64,000 bases of DNA from an uncultured bacterium (lineage in GTDB: Bacteria > Margulisbacteria > Marinamargulisbacteria > SXXA01). The notes beneath the pieces were generated by a model. It ran no database searches. It was not told the origin of the DNA and saw only the letters and a list, made by a program, of their open reading frames with translations. How positions within the stretch are numbered: the first letter of the stretch is position 1; the number at the start of each line of letters is the position of its first letter. The DNA lies in NCBI GenBank assembly GCA_903864835.1, contig CAIPHK010000041.1, forward strand, positions 25,693 to 89,692, read 5' to 3'. Both the position numbers and the translations under genes were made by a program. Shown piece after piece: positions 39,930 to 49,520 of the stretch.

Positions 39930-41680
39930 TCAAGTATAGTGATTGTTTGGCGGAGTGGCTCTGTCAACTCGGATATACCCATTGCTTTTATGTGGGTGGC
40001 GGAAACATTATGCACCTGGTCGAAAGTTTAAGCCGACAAATGCCTTGTATACCGGTCATCCATGAAGTCGCGGCCGGAATTGCAGCCGAGTACTTTAATG
40101 CGTTACACCCTGACAAAAAAGCACTGGCATTGGTAACCGCTGGTCCGGGGCTAAGTAATATCGTCACCGCTATTGCGGGCGCCTTTGCCGAAAGCAGAGA
40201 ACTACTCGTCATCGGCGGACAAGTTAAAACGGCGGATTTATCCCGAGGGAAATTGCGCCAACGCGGCATCCAAGAAATTGATGGGGTATCCTTGGTTCAA
40301 TCGATCACCAAATGTGCCGAGCGTTGGGATGCGCCGGTCGACTACGACACGTTTTACAGCCGTATTTCCCAATCATGGGAAGGGCGAAAAGGCCCCGTCT
40401 TTATCGAAATCCCCATTGATGTACAGGGTATAAAAGTAGAATTCATCAGCAAATTAGACCAAATCACCCCGACTCCCCATAGTGGCATTTCGGAAGGGGA
40501 CTGGACCCAACTACGCCATTACCTCTCCCAAGCGACGCGTCCATTGATCTTAGTTGGTGGCGGAGTTGATCAACGCGTTGCGCAGTCACTATTTCCGTCG
40601 TGGACCACGATTCCGATTGCTACGACATGGAACGGTGCGGATCGCATTTCGGCGGATCACCCCCTGTATGTGGGACGTCCGAATACCTGGGGACAACGAT
40701 CTGCGAACTTAATTTTGCAACAATCGGATTGCGTTATTGCACTAGGAACCCGATTAGGAATGCAACAAACCGGATTTAATTGGCAAGAATTTGTGCCCCA
40801 TGGGGTGGTCATTCATGTTGATATTGATCCTGCCGAATTGGAAAAAGGTCACCCGCGGATCGATCTTCCGATATGTGCCGACGCCAATGACATCTTGCGT
40901 CGATTAGCGACGATCTCTGATATTGACTGCAGTGATTGGATTCAATACTGCCGGATGATTCGGTCCGAAATTCCGGTATTTGAGCCCGTAAATACAACCG
41001 GAGGCGACTTTATTTCCCCATATCATGTTGTTGAAACACTATCGACGCTCAGCGGAAACGACGATGTGGTTGTTCCTTGCAGTAGCGGCAGTGCATTCAC
41101 CATCATGATGCAAGTGTTTACGCAAAGGGGCGCTCAACGGATTATCACAAACAAGGGCATGGCATCGATGGGATACGGATTGTCAGGCGCCATCGGTGCG
41201 GCATTCGCTGCGCCAGGCCAGCGGGTGATATTGGTCGAGGGAGATGGCGGATTTGCCCAAAATCTACAAGAAATCGGAACCGCTGCAATTAATCAACTTA
41301 ATCTCAAAATTTTTATTTTTGATGATTCAGGATACGCGTCCATTCGAATGACCCAGCGCAACTATTTTGGCGGCCGTTATGTGGGGTGTGATCGGGAAAC
41401 AGGGTTAGGTCTTCCGAACTGGCAGAAATTATTCGATGCATGGGGCGTTCCTGCAATGAGAGTAAATCGTGGATTTGAGTTGACGGAATCGTTTCAGTCG
41501 CTTTTTAATTCAACAGGACCCGCCGCATTTATAGTTTCTGTGGATCCAGATCAAACTTATTTTCCAAAAATTACAAGCCGCATCCTTGAGAATGGGCAGA
41601 TAGTCTCAAACCCGCTACATCTGATGACCCCTGAATTGGACGAAACCCGCTGGCACCGCGTCGCAAAATATATAAAATAA
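39926..41680 (+). CDS. Thiamine-diphosphate-dependent enzyme, acetolactate-synthase-like (YerE-like candidate)
   Basis: 584 aa; ThDP-binding GDGGF..N motif (VEGDGGFAQNLQEIGTAAINQLNLKIFIFDDSGYASI); AAGGAG SD; start overlaps upstream stop as ATGA. Confidence 0.75.
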   Translation: MIKYSDCLAEWLCQLGYTHCFYVGGGNIMHLVESLSRQMPCIPVIHEVAAGIAAEYFNALHPDKKALALVTAGPGLSNIVTAIAGAFAESRELLVIGGQVKTADLSRGKLRQRGIQEIDGVSLVQSITKCAERWDAPVDYDTFYSRISQSWEGRKGPVFIEIPIDVQGIKVEFISKLDQITPTPHSGISEGDWTQLRHYLSQATRPLILVGGGVDQRVAQSLFPSWTTIPIATTWNGADRISADHPLYVGRPNTWGQRSANLILQQSDCVIALGTRLGMQQTGFNWQEFVPHGVVIHVDIDPAELEKGHPRIDLPICADANDILRRLATISDIDCSDWIQYCRMIRSEIPVFEPVNTTGGDFISPYHVVETLSTLSGNDDVVVPCSSGSAFTIMMQVFTQRGAQRIITNKGMASMGYGLSGAIGAAFAAPGQRVILVEGDGGFAQNLQEIGTAAINQLNLKIFIFDDSGYASIRMTQRNYFGGRYVGCDRETGLGLPNWQKLFDAWGVPAMRVNRGFELTESFQSLFNSTGPAAFIVSVDPDQTYFPKITSRILENGQIVSNPLHLMTPELDETRWHRVAKYIK

Positions 41681-41695
41681 AAGAGGGTTATTAAT

Positions 41696-42493
41696 ATGAA
41701 CAGTCGCGAAAGAAAAATGTTGGATATATTAAAACGCCTTAAGACTGAATTTGGCGTAGTGTCCGTCAAGGCAGAATTTGAAGCGGAAGGAACCCGAACG
41801 GACGAATTACTTCGTTTAATCGAAATTGCACGCCGCGCTGATTTGGGTGTCGCGCTCAAAATTGGTGGCTGCGAAGCGATTCGGGATTTGATTGAAAGCA
41901 AACAAATCGGCGTCGAATTTATTATCGCCCCGATGGTTGAAACCCCTTATGCACTCTCAAAATTTATTGAGGCTAAAAACAAAATATATTCGGTTGAAGA
42001 ACAGCAAGATACCCAATTTTTGTTTAACCTGGAAACAATCACCGCGTTCAATCATTTGGACAAAATGATTAAAATCGCAACTCAAGCCGACGGCGTGGAC
42101 GGGGTAGTATTTGGCCGAGTCGACTTTTCGGGTTCATTGGGCTGGAGCCGCGACAACATTAACACCGATGAAATTACCGATTATTGCATCCAGACCGGCA
42201 CTGCATGTAAACAGGCAGGGATCGACTTGGTCGTCGGTGGGGCGGTGTCGATGGATGCCATTTCGATGTTAAGTAAAATGTATGCAAACTATCTCACTCG
42301 ATTCGAAACCAGAAAGATTATTTTCCCCGGTCAGTCGGTTGAAATTGGAAACCTGGATCAAGCCTTATTATTAGCGGTACATTTTGAATTATTGTGGCTT
42401 CAAAATAAACGGGATTATTATAACCTCATTGCCTCCGAAGATGACCGACGCATCGAAATGTTAGATAGCCGATGGAAAATTCTGTCTAACTAG
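41696..42493 (+). CDS. HpcH/HpaI aldolase / citrate-lyase-beta-like protein (putative)
   Basis: [12 protein letters not shown] resembles the (I/V)PK(V/I)E(S/T) motif of the HpcH/CitE family; weak. Confidence 0.4.
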   Translation: MNSRERKMLDILKRLKTEFGVVSVKAEFEAEGTRTDELLRLIEIARRADLGVALKIGGCEAIRDLIESKQIGVEFIIAPMVETPYALSKFIEAKNKIYSVEEQQDTQFLFNLETITAFNHLDKMIKIATQADGVDGVVFGRVDFSGSLGWSRDNINTDEITDYCIQTGTACKQAGIDLVVGGAVSMDAISMLSKMYANYLTRFETRKIIFPGQSVEIGNLDQALLLAVHFELLWLQNKRDYYNLIASEDDRRIEMLDSRWKILSN

Positions 42494-42496
42494 CAA

Positions 42497-43450
42497 GTGC
42501 CTATCCCTCATTTATTTTTTACGGGCGGAACCGGATTTTTTGGGAAAGCGTTACTTCGGTACTGGACCGCAACCACGGTAGATCGCCCCAAGCAGGTTTC
42601 TATTTTGACGCGATCGCCCAGTGGTTTTTTGGACCGCTATCCCGAGTTCAAAACTCTCGACTGGGTAACCTTTTACGAAGGGGACATCACCCGTAAGGAC
42701 ACTTTTCCGGATATTTCCTGTAGCCACGTATTACATGCGGCAACCGATTCAACGGTTGGCCCCAACTTACCCCCAATCGAACGCTATGATCAGATCGTGT
42801 CTGGCACTCGAAACGTTTTAGACTTTTCAGTGCAGGCAGGGGCCAAACGATTTTTACTCACCAGCACTGGCGGCGTCTATGGCCAGCAGCCTCAAGAGAT
42901 GGATAAAATCCCAGAAACGTACTGCGGATTCCCCGATCCCCTCCGCCCCCAGAATGCACATTCCATTGCCAAGCGAGCGGCAGAACATCTCTGTATCTTA
43001 TACGGCCACCAATTCGGGATCGAACCCGTCATCGCGCGATGTTTCGCATTTATAGGCAGTGATCTCCCGCTCGATGTCCATTTTGCAATCGGCAATTTTA
43101 TTCGGGATGCAACTCGGGGCCAAGATATCATCATTCAAGGTGATGGCACGTCGGTTCGATCCTATCTCGATCAACACGACCTGTCGGTATGGCTCACCCG
43201 GTTATTACAGACCGAACACCCTGAAACCGCCTACAACGTCGGTTCAGAAACTGCAATTTCAATCAAAGACCTGGCGACCTTGGTCAGAGACTTGGTACAC
43301 CCCGCGGGATCCGTTCAAATTTTGGGCCAGCAGGGCAATAAAGCCGGAACACGCTACGTTCCCGATACCCGGCTTGCCAGGGAAACCTTAGGGTTGTCGG
43401 AAACGGTGTCATTACCCGATGCCATCCGCAGGGCATTGCCGCCATGCTAA
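42497..43450 (+). CDS. NAD-dependent epimerase/dehydratase family protein
   Basis: GTG start; N-terminal FFTGGTGFFG Rossmann motif; extended-SDR length. Confidence 0.7.
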   Translation: MPIPHLFFTGGTGFFGKALLRYWTATTVDRPKQVSILTRSPSGFLDRYPEFKTLDWVTFYEGDITRKDTFPDISCSHVLHAATDSTVGPNLPPIERYDQIVSGTRNVLDFSVQAGAKRFLLTSTGGVYGQQPQEMDKIPETYCGFPDPLRPQNAHSIAKRAAEHLCILYGHQFGIEPVIARCFAFIGSDLPLDVHFAIGNFIRDATRGQDIIIQGDGTSVRSYLDQHDLSVWLTRLLQTEHPETAYNVGSETAISIKDLATLVRDLVHPAGSVQILGQQGNKAGTRYVPDTRLARETLGLSETVSLPDAIRRALPPC

Positions 43451-44610
43451 CCATTTTGGTTCCGACCATCGGGCGCATCCAAAAATTAACGAGGGGAATA
43501 GACTCGTGGATTCGCTGTATTCAATCCGCAAAAGCCGTCGATAAGGTCACGATACTCATTGCCGACAACCATTCGACCGATGGAACCGCAGCCTACGCCC
43601 AATCAATGGCACTACAGCACTCTTTTATTAGGTATGAACGCCAACTCGCATTTTGTCCGTCGGCAGAGGACTCTATCAAGGCCGCATCGCAATTTTGTAC
43701 GACACAGTATGTGTGGACCTTTGGGGACGACGACGAAGTCTCGGAAAATGCACTCACCGTCGTATTAGAGGCCTTACAATCCCACCCCCGCTTCTTAGTC
43801 GTGAATATGAATTGCCGCGATGGCGACCGAAGCATCCCCGGGTTCGACGTCGATTCGAAAATCATTCAATATCCCACCGGATGGCCGTTGTTTCAGAATT
43901 TTGGGGTCACTTCCGGTACGACATGCGTCAGTTCCATTTGCGTCCCACTCGACTTTTATAAAGACCCGATATTAAAAAATTTAAATACCGTATCTCCCAT
44001 TTATAGCCTGTCATGTGCGCTGCTCGTGTGGAGTTACAACCAACCAGTGACACTGGTTGGGAATCGACTATTCGATTATTTTTACAACGTTCCCACGGAA
44101 GAATTAGGTCGAATAACAGGGCTAGCACAATCGAACCAACAACTTCCCCACTACTATTGGCATTTGGGGCTACTGAACTTACTTCGTTCTGTATCCCAAC
44201 ATACCGGAATCTCGCTATCGGAGTTGCTATTGATGAGAGAACCCATATCCCGTGGCGTCGGTGCCCCGGAGCCGCTGGGCAGAGAGTACAAACCGTGCAT
44301 CGAGTTTATCGCGTTGTATGTTGATAAAGAGATGAACGCCTCGTTCGTTGAAATTCAGAATCGTCGTACATCGTTGCATGAATTGATTGTCAATATTCAG
44401 TCTGCTTTTTCAGAATGGACCGGAGTCGATCACTCAAAATCGTTTCAAACCATACACCGATATCTTTGTCAGTTGGAACACGCGCTTGCCGCATTGCCGA
44501 GTCGTTCTATGGCAGGAACTTGGGCGAGACTCAGATTGCGGTGGGGAAAACCGTTTTCTAAGTTAGACGAATTGACTAAATCCTGGATCAAAGAATCCAA
44601 TCGGACCTAA
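43444..44610 (+). CDS. Putative glycosyltransferase (GT2-like)
   Basis: N-terminal ILVPT...D(N)HSTDGT pattern resembling GT2 and an FGDDD acidic motif; divergent. Confidence 0.4.
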   Translation: MLTILVPTIGRIQKLTRGIDSWIRCIQSAKAVDKVTILIADNHSTDGTAAYAQSMALQHSFIRYERQLAFCPSAEDSIKAASQFCTTQYVWTFGDDDEVSENALTVVLEALQSHPRFLVVNMNCRDGDRSIPGFDVDSKIIQYPTGWPLFQNFGVTSGTTCVSSICVPLDFYKDPILKNLNTVSPIYSLSCALLVWSYNQPVTLVGNRLFDYFYNVPTEELGRITGLAQSNQQLPHYYWHLGLLNLLRSVSQHTGISLSELLLMREPISRGVGAPEPLGREYKPCIEFIALYVDKEMNASFVEIQNRRTSLHELIVNIQSAFSEWTGVDHSKSFQTIHRYLCQLEHALAALPSRSMAGTWARLRLRWGKPFSKLDELTKSWIKESNRT

Positions 44611-44613
44611 TTG

Positions 44614-45675
44614 ATGGAATCAGCACTTCATTTAGAAACCCCGTCTGGCCCGGTTCCTCAATTGGCGATCTCAATTCCCACGTGTAACCACCCTGAATTG
44701 GTGGACCAGTTCATACGCGCAATTCTACCGAGTTTAGGTCGCTTCCAAATCCCGGTGTACGTTACCGACAATAGTGATAACGACGAAACCGAACGCATTG
44801 TACAAAATCTCATAAAAGAACATTCGGCTATTTTCTATAGAAGAAACGCCCAGAACCTGCGGTTTGATGCCAATTGCGCACAAGCCATTACGTGGCCCCA
44901 CGCCGAGTACGTCTGGCCCGTTGGCGATGGGATGTTAATCAATGAGCCGATGATTGAGACCATTCTTAACTCTCTCGAAAAAAAACCGGATTTAGTCTTT
45001 TTAAATTATCGGGTTCCTGATTTAGGACAACGCGTCATTGAGCCATCACATCAGCACGAATGGATCGTCAGTCACGCGTGGCATTTGACGTCATTGGGGG
45101 CCACAATCTTCGGGACAAAACCGAGAGAAGTCGCCCGAAAGGCCACCACTAAAGAGTTTGGTCGTTGGAAAAACTTTTTTCATCTGGGCCTCATTTTGCG
45201 CTGTTCAACAACCGAAAAGGCCCGCTGTCTATGGATTGGGCCCCACGCGGTGCGGGGGAATCCGAATAAAACGGGGAGTGGTTGGGTCGGGATTGCGATC
45301 CAAGTGTTTGCCGGAGATTGGGCACGGTTAATTCTAAGCTTCTCGGATGTTTTCTCTCCTAATGAAACTCAGGATCTTATCCGGTCACATGGGGTAAAAA
45401 CCCGTATATTTGGGTGGCGAGATCTGCTGCAATTCAGAAAAGATGGCCGATTCTCCAAACCGATTTTTGACGCGTATCAAACCGAAATAAAATTAGCGGT
45501 ACCGCTGCCAATCCGTTGGTTGCAATTGCTCGCCGAAGCACCCGATGCACGCGTCCATTGGCCTTCAATGGGGTGGGGATTGATGCTCCGACTTTGCTGG
45601 CTTTTGGAGAAAGCCCAACAACTCGGGCAATTATTCGTTAAAAAATCCGCCCAGTCCGACTCGCTTCCAAAATAG
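44614..45675 (+). CDS. Putative glycosyltransferase (GT2-like), paralog of the preceding gene
   Basis: ISIPTCNHPELVDQFIRAI..VYVTDNSDNDETERIV pattern; ATG at 44614. Confidence 0.4.
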   Translation: MESALHLETPSGPVPQLAISIPTCNHPELVDQFIRAILPSLGRFQIPVYVTDNSDNDETERIVQNLIKEHSAIFYRRNAQNLRFDANCAQAITWPHAEYVWPVGDGMLINEPMIETILNSLEKKPDLVFLNYRVPDLGQRVIEPSHQHEWIVSHAWHLTSLGATIFGTKPREVARKATTKEFGRWKNFFHLGLILRCSTTEKARCLWIGPHAVRGNPNKTGSGWVGIAIQVFAGDWARLILSFSDVFSPNETQDLIRSHGVKTRIFGWRDLLQFRKDGRFSKPIFDAYQTEIKLAVPLPIRWLQLLAEAPDARVHWPSMGWGLMLRLCWLLEKAQQLGQLFVKKSAQSDSLPK

Positions 45676-46579
45676 CCAAATCCGACAATCGAGACGGTGG
45701 TCGGTCCCAGCGATACATTATTACAATCCCGATATAACGAAGCGCGGAAAAAATTGCGCCGATATCGGCCCGCTGCAGAGTCAATATCTTCAGTGCTATC
45801 GTGGCAAAATGACTGACGAGTAACCGAGGCGACGTTAAATTCCGCCACATAAACAAATAATGATTTCGTCGATGGATCTTGGCCACGTGCGCGGACGAAA
45901 ATAAGCGCCCAATGGTCGCCTGATGGTCGTGCAAAATGGTGCCCAACGGCATGTACCATGACGCCCACCCGCGTTGCCACGCGCGATAGGACAAATCCAA
46001 GTCTTCGAAATAAAAGGGCGAAAAGAGTGGGTCAAAGCCACCTAAGGTAAAGTACCGATCTCGACGTACCGCCATTGCACCGCCACAGGCCCACAAAACA
46101 GGACGTGCTTGGGTAATGTCTACCGACTCCGGGGGATACGACTCGGGGGTAAGCCATCCGCCTTTAAAATATCCCCATGTAATCGATTCAAAGGCATTGT
46201 CTTTACTCGGCCGAATAATCGTCGGGACGATGGCAAATATATCCGGACAAGCCAACTCATCCACCAAACGCGATAGATCCAGGTCCGATATCTTCATGTC
46301 GTTGTTTAAAAAAAACAAAATTTCGGATGTCGCCGCTAAGGCACCTCGGTGGGCCGTAACCGAAAATCCTCGATTCTGGGGACTCGTGACCACTTTGACA
46401 CTGGGGAAGTGCTCCGCCAACCACTCAGCAGTCTTGTCGTCGCTACCATCATCCGAGACGATCCATTCAATCGTAGGAGACGCCAAGACTTGAAGATTAT
46501 GGGCCAATGTCCGGTCCAACAAATGGCGACCGTTATAGGTTGGGATAATGATTGAAATCGATGGGACAGTCATCGTCAT
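45638..46579 (-). CDS. Glycosyltransferase family 2
   Basis: ISIIIPTYNGRHLLDRTL..WIVSDDGSDDKT; start placed at internal ATG 46579, which overlaps the upstream stop; converges on the plus-strand GT gene (38-nt overlap). Confidence 0.7.
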   Translation of the reverse strand: MTMTVPSISIIIPTYNGRHLLDRTLAHNLQVLASPTIEWIVSDDGSDDKTAEWLAEHFPSVKVVTSPQNRGFSVTAHRGALAATSEILFFLNNDMKISDLDLSRLVDELACPDIFAIVPTIIRPSKDNAFESITWGYFKGGWLTPESYPPESVDITQARPVLWACGGAMAVRRDRYFTLGGFDPLFSPFYFEDLDLSYRAWQRGWASWYMPLGTILHDHQATIGRLFSSAHVAKIHRRNHYLFMWRNLTSPRLLVSHFATIALKILTLQRADIGAIFSALRYIGIVIMYRWDRPPSRLSDLAILEASRTGRIF

Positions 46580-47901
46580 CAATTTAACCCTCGTACTGCT
46601 GGCAAAAAATGAATCAAATTGGATGTCCAAATTCGAGCGATCCATAATTTCAACGACCACCGACGATGAGGTACCACGACCACATTTATATTCCCCGCCA
46701 CCATTCGATTTTTAAGTTCAGTAATCGACGCCTTCGGATCTAAATGAATTGCATTCCATGCAAATGGCACTTGGGCACGCACCCCCTCAAATATGGACGC
46801 ATCACAATAGATGCCGGCTTGATGCCCGACCAAGTCCCAATACGCACGTTGGCCTGCCAGCGTCCCGGTGGTCGTGCGGTCCAATTCACGAATTAAGGCC
46901 ACCACCCGATCGGGGGAAATAAACTCCCGCCCGGGGCACGGACAGTGTAAGGGGACACACGAATCACGGCAGGCATTTTGCTGTTTATAAATCACATGGG
47001 GACTTAACCACGGCGCCCAATGAAAACAGTTTTGCGTTCGAGTGCGATAGATCACCACGGCCGGGCATTGCAACGCCGCCGCAATATGCGACAACCCCGA
47101 GTCTGGCCCCACAAAATAAGTGGCCTTTTTGATTACAGCACTCACATCTACTAGCGATGTCTTGCCGGCCAAGTTAATGATCCGACCTTCGGTATTTATC
47201 CAGTCTAAAGTGGTCTCAGTCGCGTTAGCCACCACTCCGCCGAGCAACACAAGTGGTGAGGGACAGAGGTCCAACATCGCCGTTAAAACCGGTTTAATTT
47301 CAGAATCAACCCAGCACTTCACCTTAGCGCCAGCATCCACCGCAACGACCCGATACGGCGAGTTCATGAAGGGATACTTTTCTGCCACCTCTTCCATCAA
47401 GGGGCCCGATATCTGAAGCTGCAATCGGGAATCGGGTGCGCTAACGCCCAATGGCGCTAATAATGCCAAATTCATCTGGACTTTATGGCGATGATAATCC
47501 TGATAGTCCAACCGGACGCAATGGGTATGGTAGAGCCAATTTCTCCACCCAATGGCATGCCCAATGCGCACTTTAATCTCCGCTGCTTTGGCCAAAACCG
47601 CATATCGGGGGTGCTCCCAAAGATTAATCATGACATCAAATTGATGAAATTTAAGGGCGGCTAAAACCTGAGTAAATTCGGGGGATCGCGTCGTGCCATC
47701 ATACGGCTGAGTATCGGGTATAACGCCGGCTACATCCGGAATTTCAGTCAATAAGGCCACAAACGCAGGTCGTGCCAGAAAAAAAATTTGGGCCTCCGGA
47801 TACTGGCGTTTAATGGGCTGAATTAATGCCGTTGCGGTAATTAAATCCCCCAACATATCCCCCCGAGCAATAAGGATTTTGGGCGACGGCGGAAGGGGCA
47901 C
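46579..47901 (-). CDS. ADP-heptose:LPS heptosyltransferase-like glycosyltransferase (GT9) with C-terminal extension
   Basis: KILIARGDMLGDLITATA..VDAGA..LLGG..LAGKTSL..FVGPDSGLSHIAAAL pattern of RfaF/WaaC-type enzymes; about 95 extra C-terminal residues. Confidence 0.7.
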   Translation of the reverse strand: MPLPPSPKILIARGDMLGDLITATALIQPIKRQYPEAQIFFLARPAFVALLTEIPDVAGVIPDTQPYDGTTRSPEFTQVLAALKFHQFDVMINLWEHPRYAVLAKAAEIKVRIGHAIGWRNWLYHTHCVRLDYQDYHRHKVQMNLALLAPLGVSAPDSRLQLQISGPLMEEVAEKYPFMNSPYRVVAVDAGAKVKCWVDSEIKPVLTAMLDLCPSPLVLLGGVVANATETTLDWINTEGRIINLAGKTSLVDVSAVIKKATYFVGPDSGLSHIAAALQCPAVVIYRTRTQNCFHWAPWLSPHVIYKQQNACRDSCVPLHCPCPGREFISPDRVVALIRELDRTTTGTLAGQRAYWDLVGHQAGIYCDASIFEGVRAQVPFAWNAIHLDPKASITELKNRMVAGNINVVVVPHRRWSLKLWIARIWTSNLIHFLPAVRGLN

Positions 47902-47902
47902 T

Positions 47903-49501
47903 TTATACCTTGCCCGAATCCGCTCGCAACGGAATCTCAGGCATAAACATCACCACGATCACCGCCACAACCATGATTGACGTTCCCACCCAGAATACCT
48001 GATCGATCGCCCCACTGTACCCCAAACGAACCGAGACCAAATAATCGGGGAATGTATTTAACAACGTCTCCCTAGTAAAAATAGACACCGTCTGAAACTG
48101 CCCAATCAGTTCGGACTGCCGAGCGCCCGTCAATGTGCTTTGCAACAAATTGCTATCGAGATGATCGAACCCCGCATCGGGAAAGGCGCGGCGCATGGTC
48201 AGCACAAACGGATGCCGCCCTAACAAATCCACCAGTCCCGTCATTTTAATATTCAAAACCCCACCCAAAATCGCTGTGCCGATTGTCCCCCCTAAACTAC
48301 GGAATAACTGGACCCCCGCCGTTACCTCCCCCATACGCCCACGATCAAAAGCGCTTTGTACGACCAGATTTATAATCGGAAAGGTCGTCCCCAACCCTGT
48401 GCCCAACATTGCCATAAAACAGACCAGTTCAACCGGACGGGTATCGACTCCAATGTGGGTACACAACCACAAGGCGATGGTGGCCGTCACCACACCAAAC
48501 ACCAATATCGGCTTATATCGCCCCGTACGACTGGTGATTTGACCACCAATAATTGATGAGGCCACCAATCCCAGCATCATGGGCATCATCATCAACCCCG
48601 ATCGCGCAGGAGACACCCCTAGAACCCCTTGTGCAAAAAAAGGAATAAACATAATGGCCGAATACATCGCCATCGCCGTCAAAAAAGCAATGGCAATCGA
48701 CACCAAATAGGCCCGATTTTTAAATAGGGCTAACGTCATAATAGGGTCTGATACCGCCCGTTCCACCCGGATAAATAGAACCAGTGACGTAATGGCCATC
48801 GCTAGCAATCCAAGAATGGGGGTCGATATCCAAGGAAACTGACTTCCCCCCGACACCAACGCCAACAAAAACGGCAAAATCGCCATGGTTAATAACGCCG
48901 CACCTTTATAATCCACCGTTCGACGCGCCACCCTCGCAATTTTGGGCAGGCCCATCGCCAATACAAAAAAAGCCAACCCACCCAGCGGAATATTGATATA
49001 AAAAATCCATCGCCATGAGAAATAATTGGAAATCCATCCCCCTAACAAAGGTCCCATCACCGATGAAATACCAAAGGCCCCACCGATCCACCCTTGGTAT
49101 CGGCCCCGTTGCGCTGGAGGGATAATATCCCCAATGGTAGCCATCGCACTCACCATCATGGCCCCTCCACCAATCCCTTGGATACCTCGAAATAGGATCA
49201 ATTGGCCCATGGACAAGGCCATCCCGGACAACACCGAGCCGATGAGAAAAACAATAATTGCGAGCAAATACATGCCCCGCCGCCCCATCAAATCGGATAG
49301 TTTTCCAAACACCGGGACCGTAATGGTGGACGCCAACATATAGGCTGTAAATACCCAACTCAGGTGGGATACGCCATTCAGATCCGCCACAATTTGAGGC
49401 ATCGCGGCGGAAACAATCGTCTGATCTAGCGACGAAAGTATGATAGCCAACATGACCCCAAATAAAATTTGATTACGATTAACCGGTGCGTGAGTATTCA
49501 T
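47903..49501 (-). CDS. MFS transporter (DHA2/EmrB-like)
   Basis: 532 aa, multiple hydrophobic helices, MFS motif GKLSDLMGRRG. Confidence 0.85.
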   Translation of the reverse strand: MNTHAPVNRNQILFGVMLAIILSSLDQTIVSAAMPQIVADLNGVSHLSWVFTAYMLASTITVPVFGKLSDLMGRRGMYLLAIIVFLIGSVLSGMALSMGQLILFRGIQGIGGGAMMVSAMATIGDIIPPAQRGRYQGWIGGAFGISSVMGPLLGGWISNYFSWRWIFYINIPLGGLAFFVLAMGLPKIARVARRTVDYKGAALLTMAILPFLLALVSGGSQFPWISTPILGLLAMAITSLVLFIRVERAVSDPIMTLALFKNRAYLVSIAIAFLTAMAMYSAIMFIPFFAQGVLGVSPARSGLMMMPMMLGLVASSIIGGQITSRTGRYKPILVFGVVTATIALWLCTHIGVDTRPVELVCFMAMLGTGLGTTFPIINLVVQSAFDRGRMGEVTAGVQLFRSLGGTIGTAILGGVLNIKMTGLVDLLGRHPFVLTMRRAFPDAGFDHLDSNLLQSTLTGARQSELIGQFQTVSIFTRETLLNTFPDYLVSVRLGYSGAIDQVFWVGTSIMVVAVIVVMFMPEIPLRADSGKV

Positions 49502-49520
49502 TTAATTAAGCGTCTGATGA

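Noticed and set aside
41696-42493. HpcH-type protein as PEP mutase (which would imply a phosphonate pathway with the ThDP enzyme)
   Set aside because: The IAPMVETP motif fits the HpcH/CitE aldolase-lyase family better than the PEP mutase/isocitrate lyase signature, and the ThDP enzyme is ALS-sized (584 aa) rather than phosphonopyruvate decarboxylase-sized.
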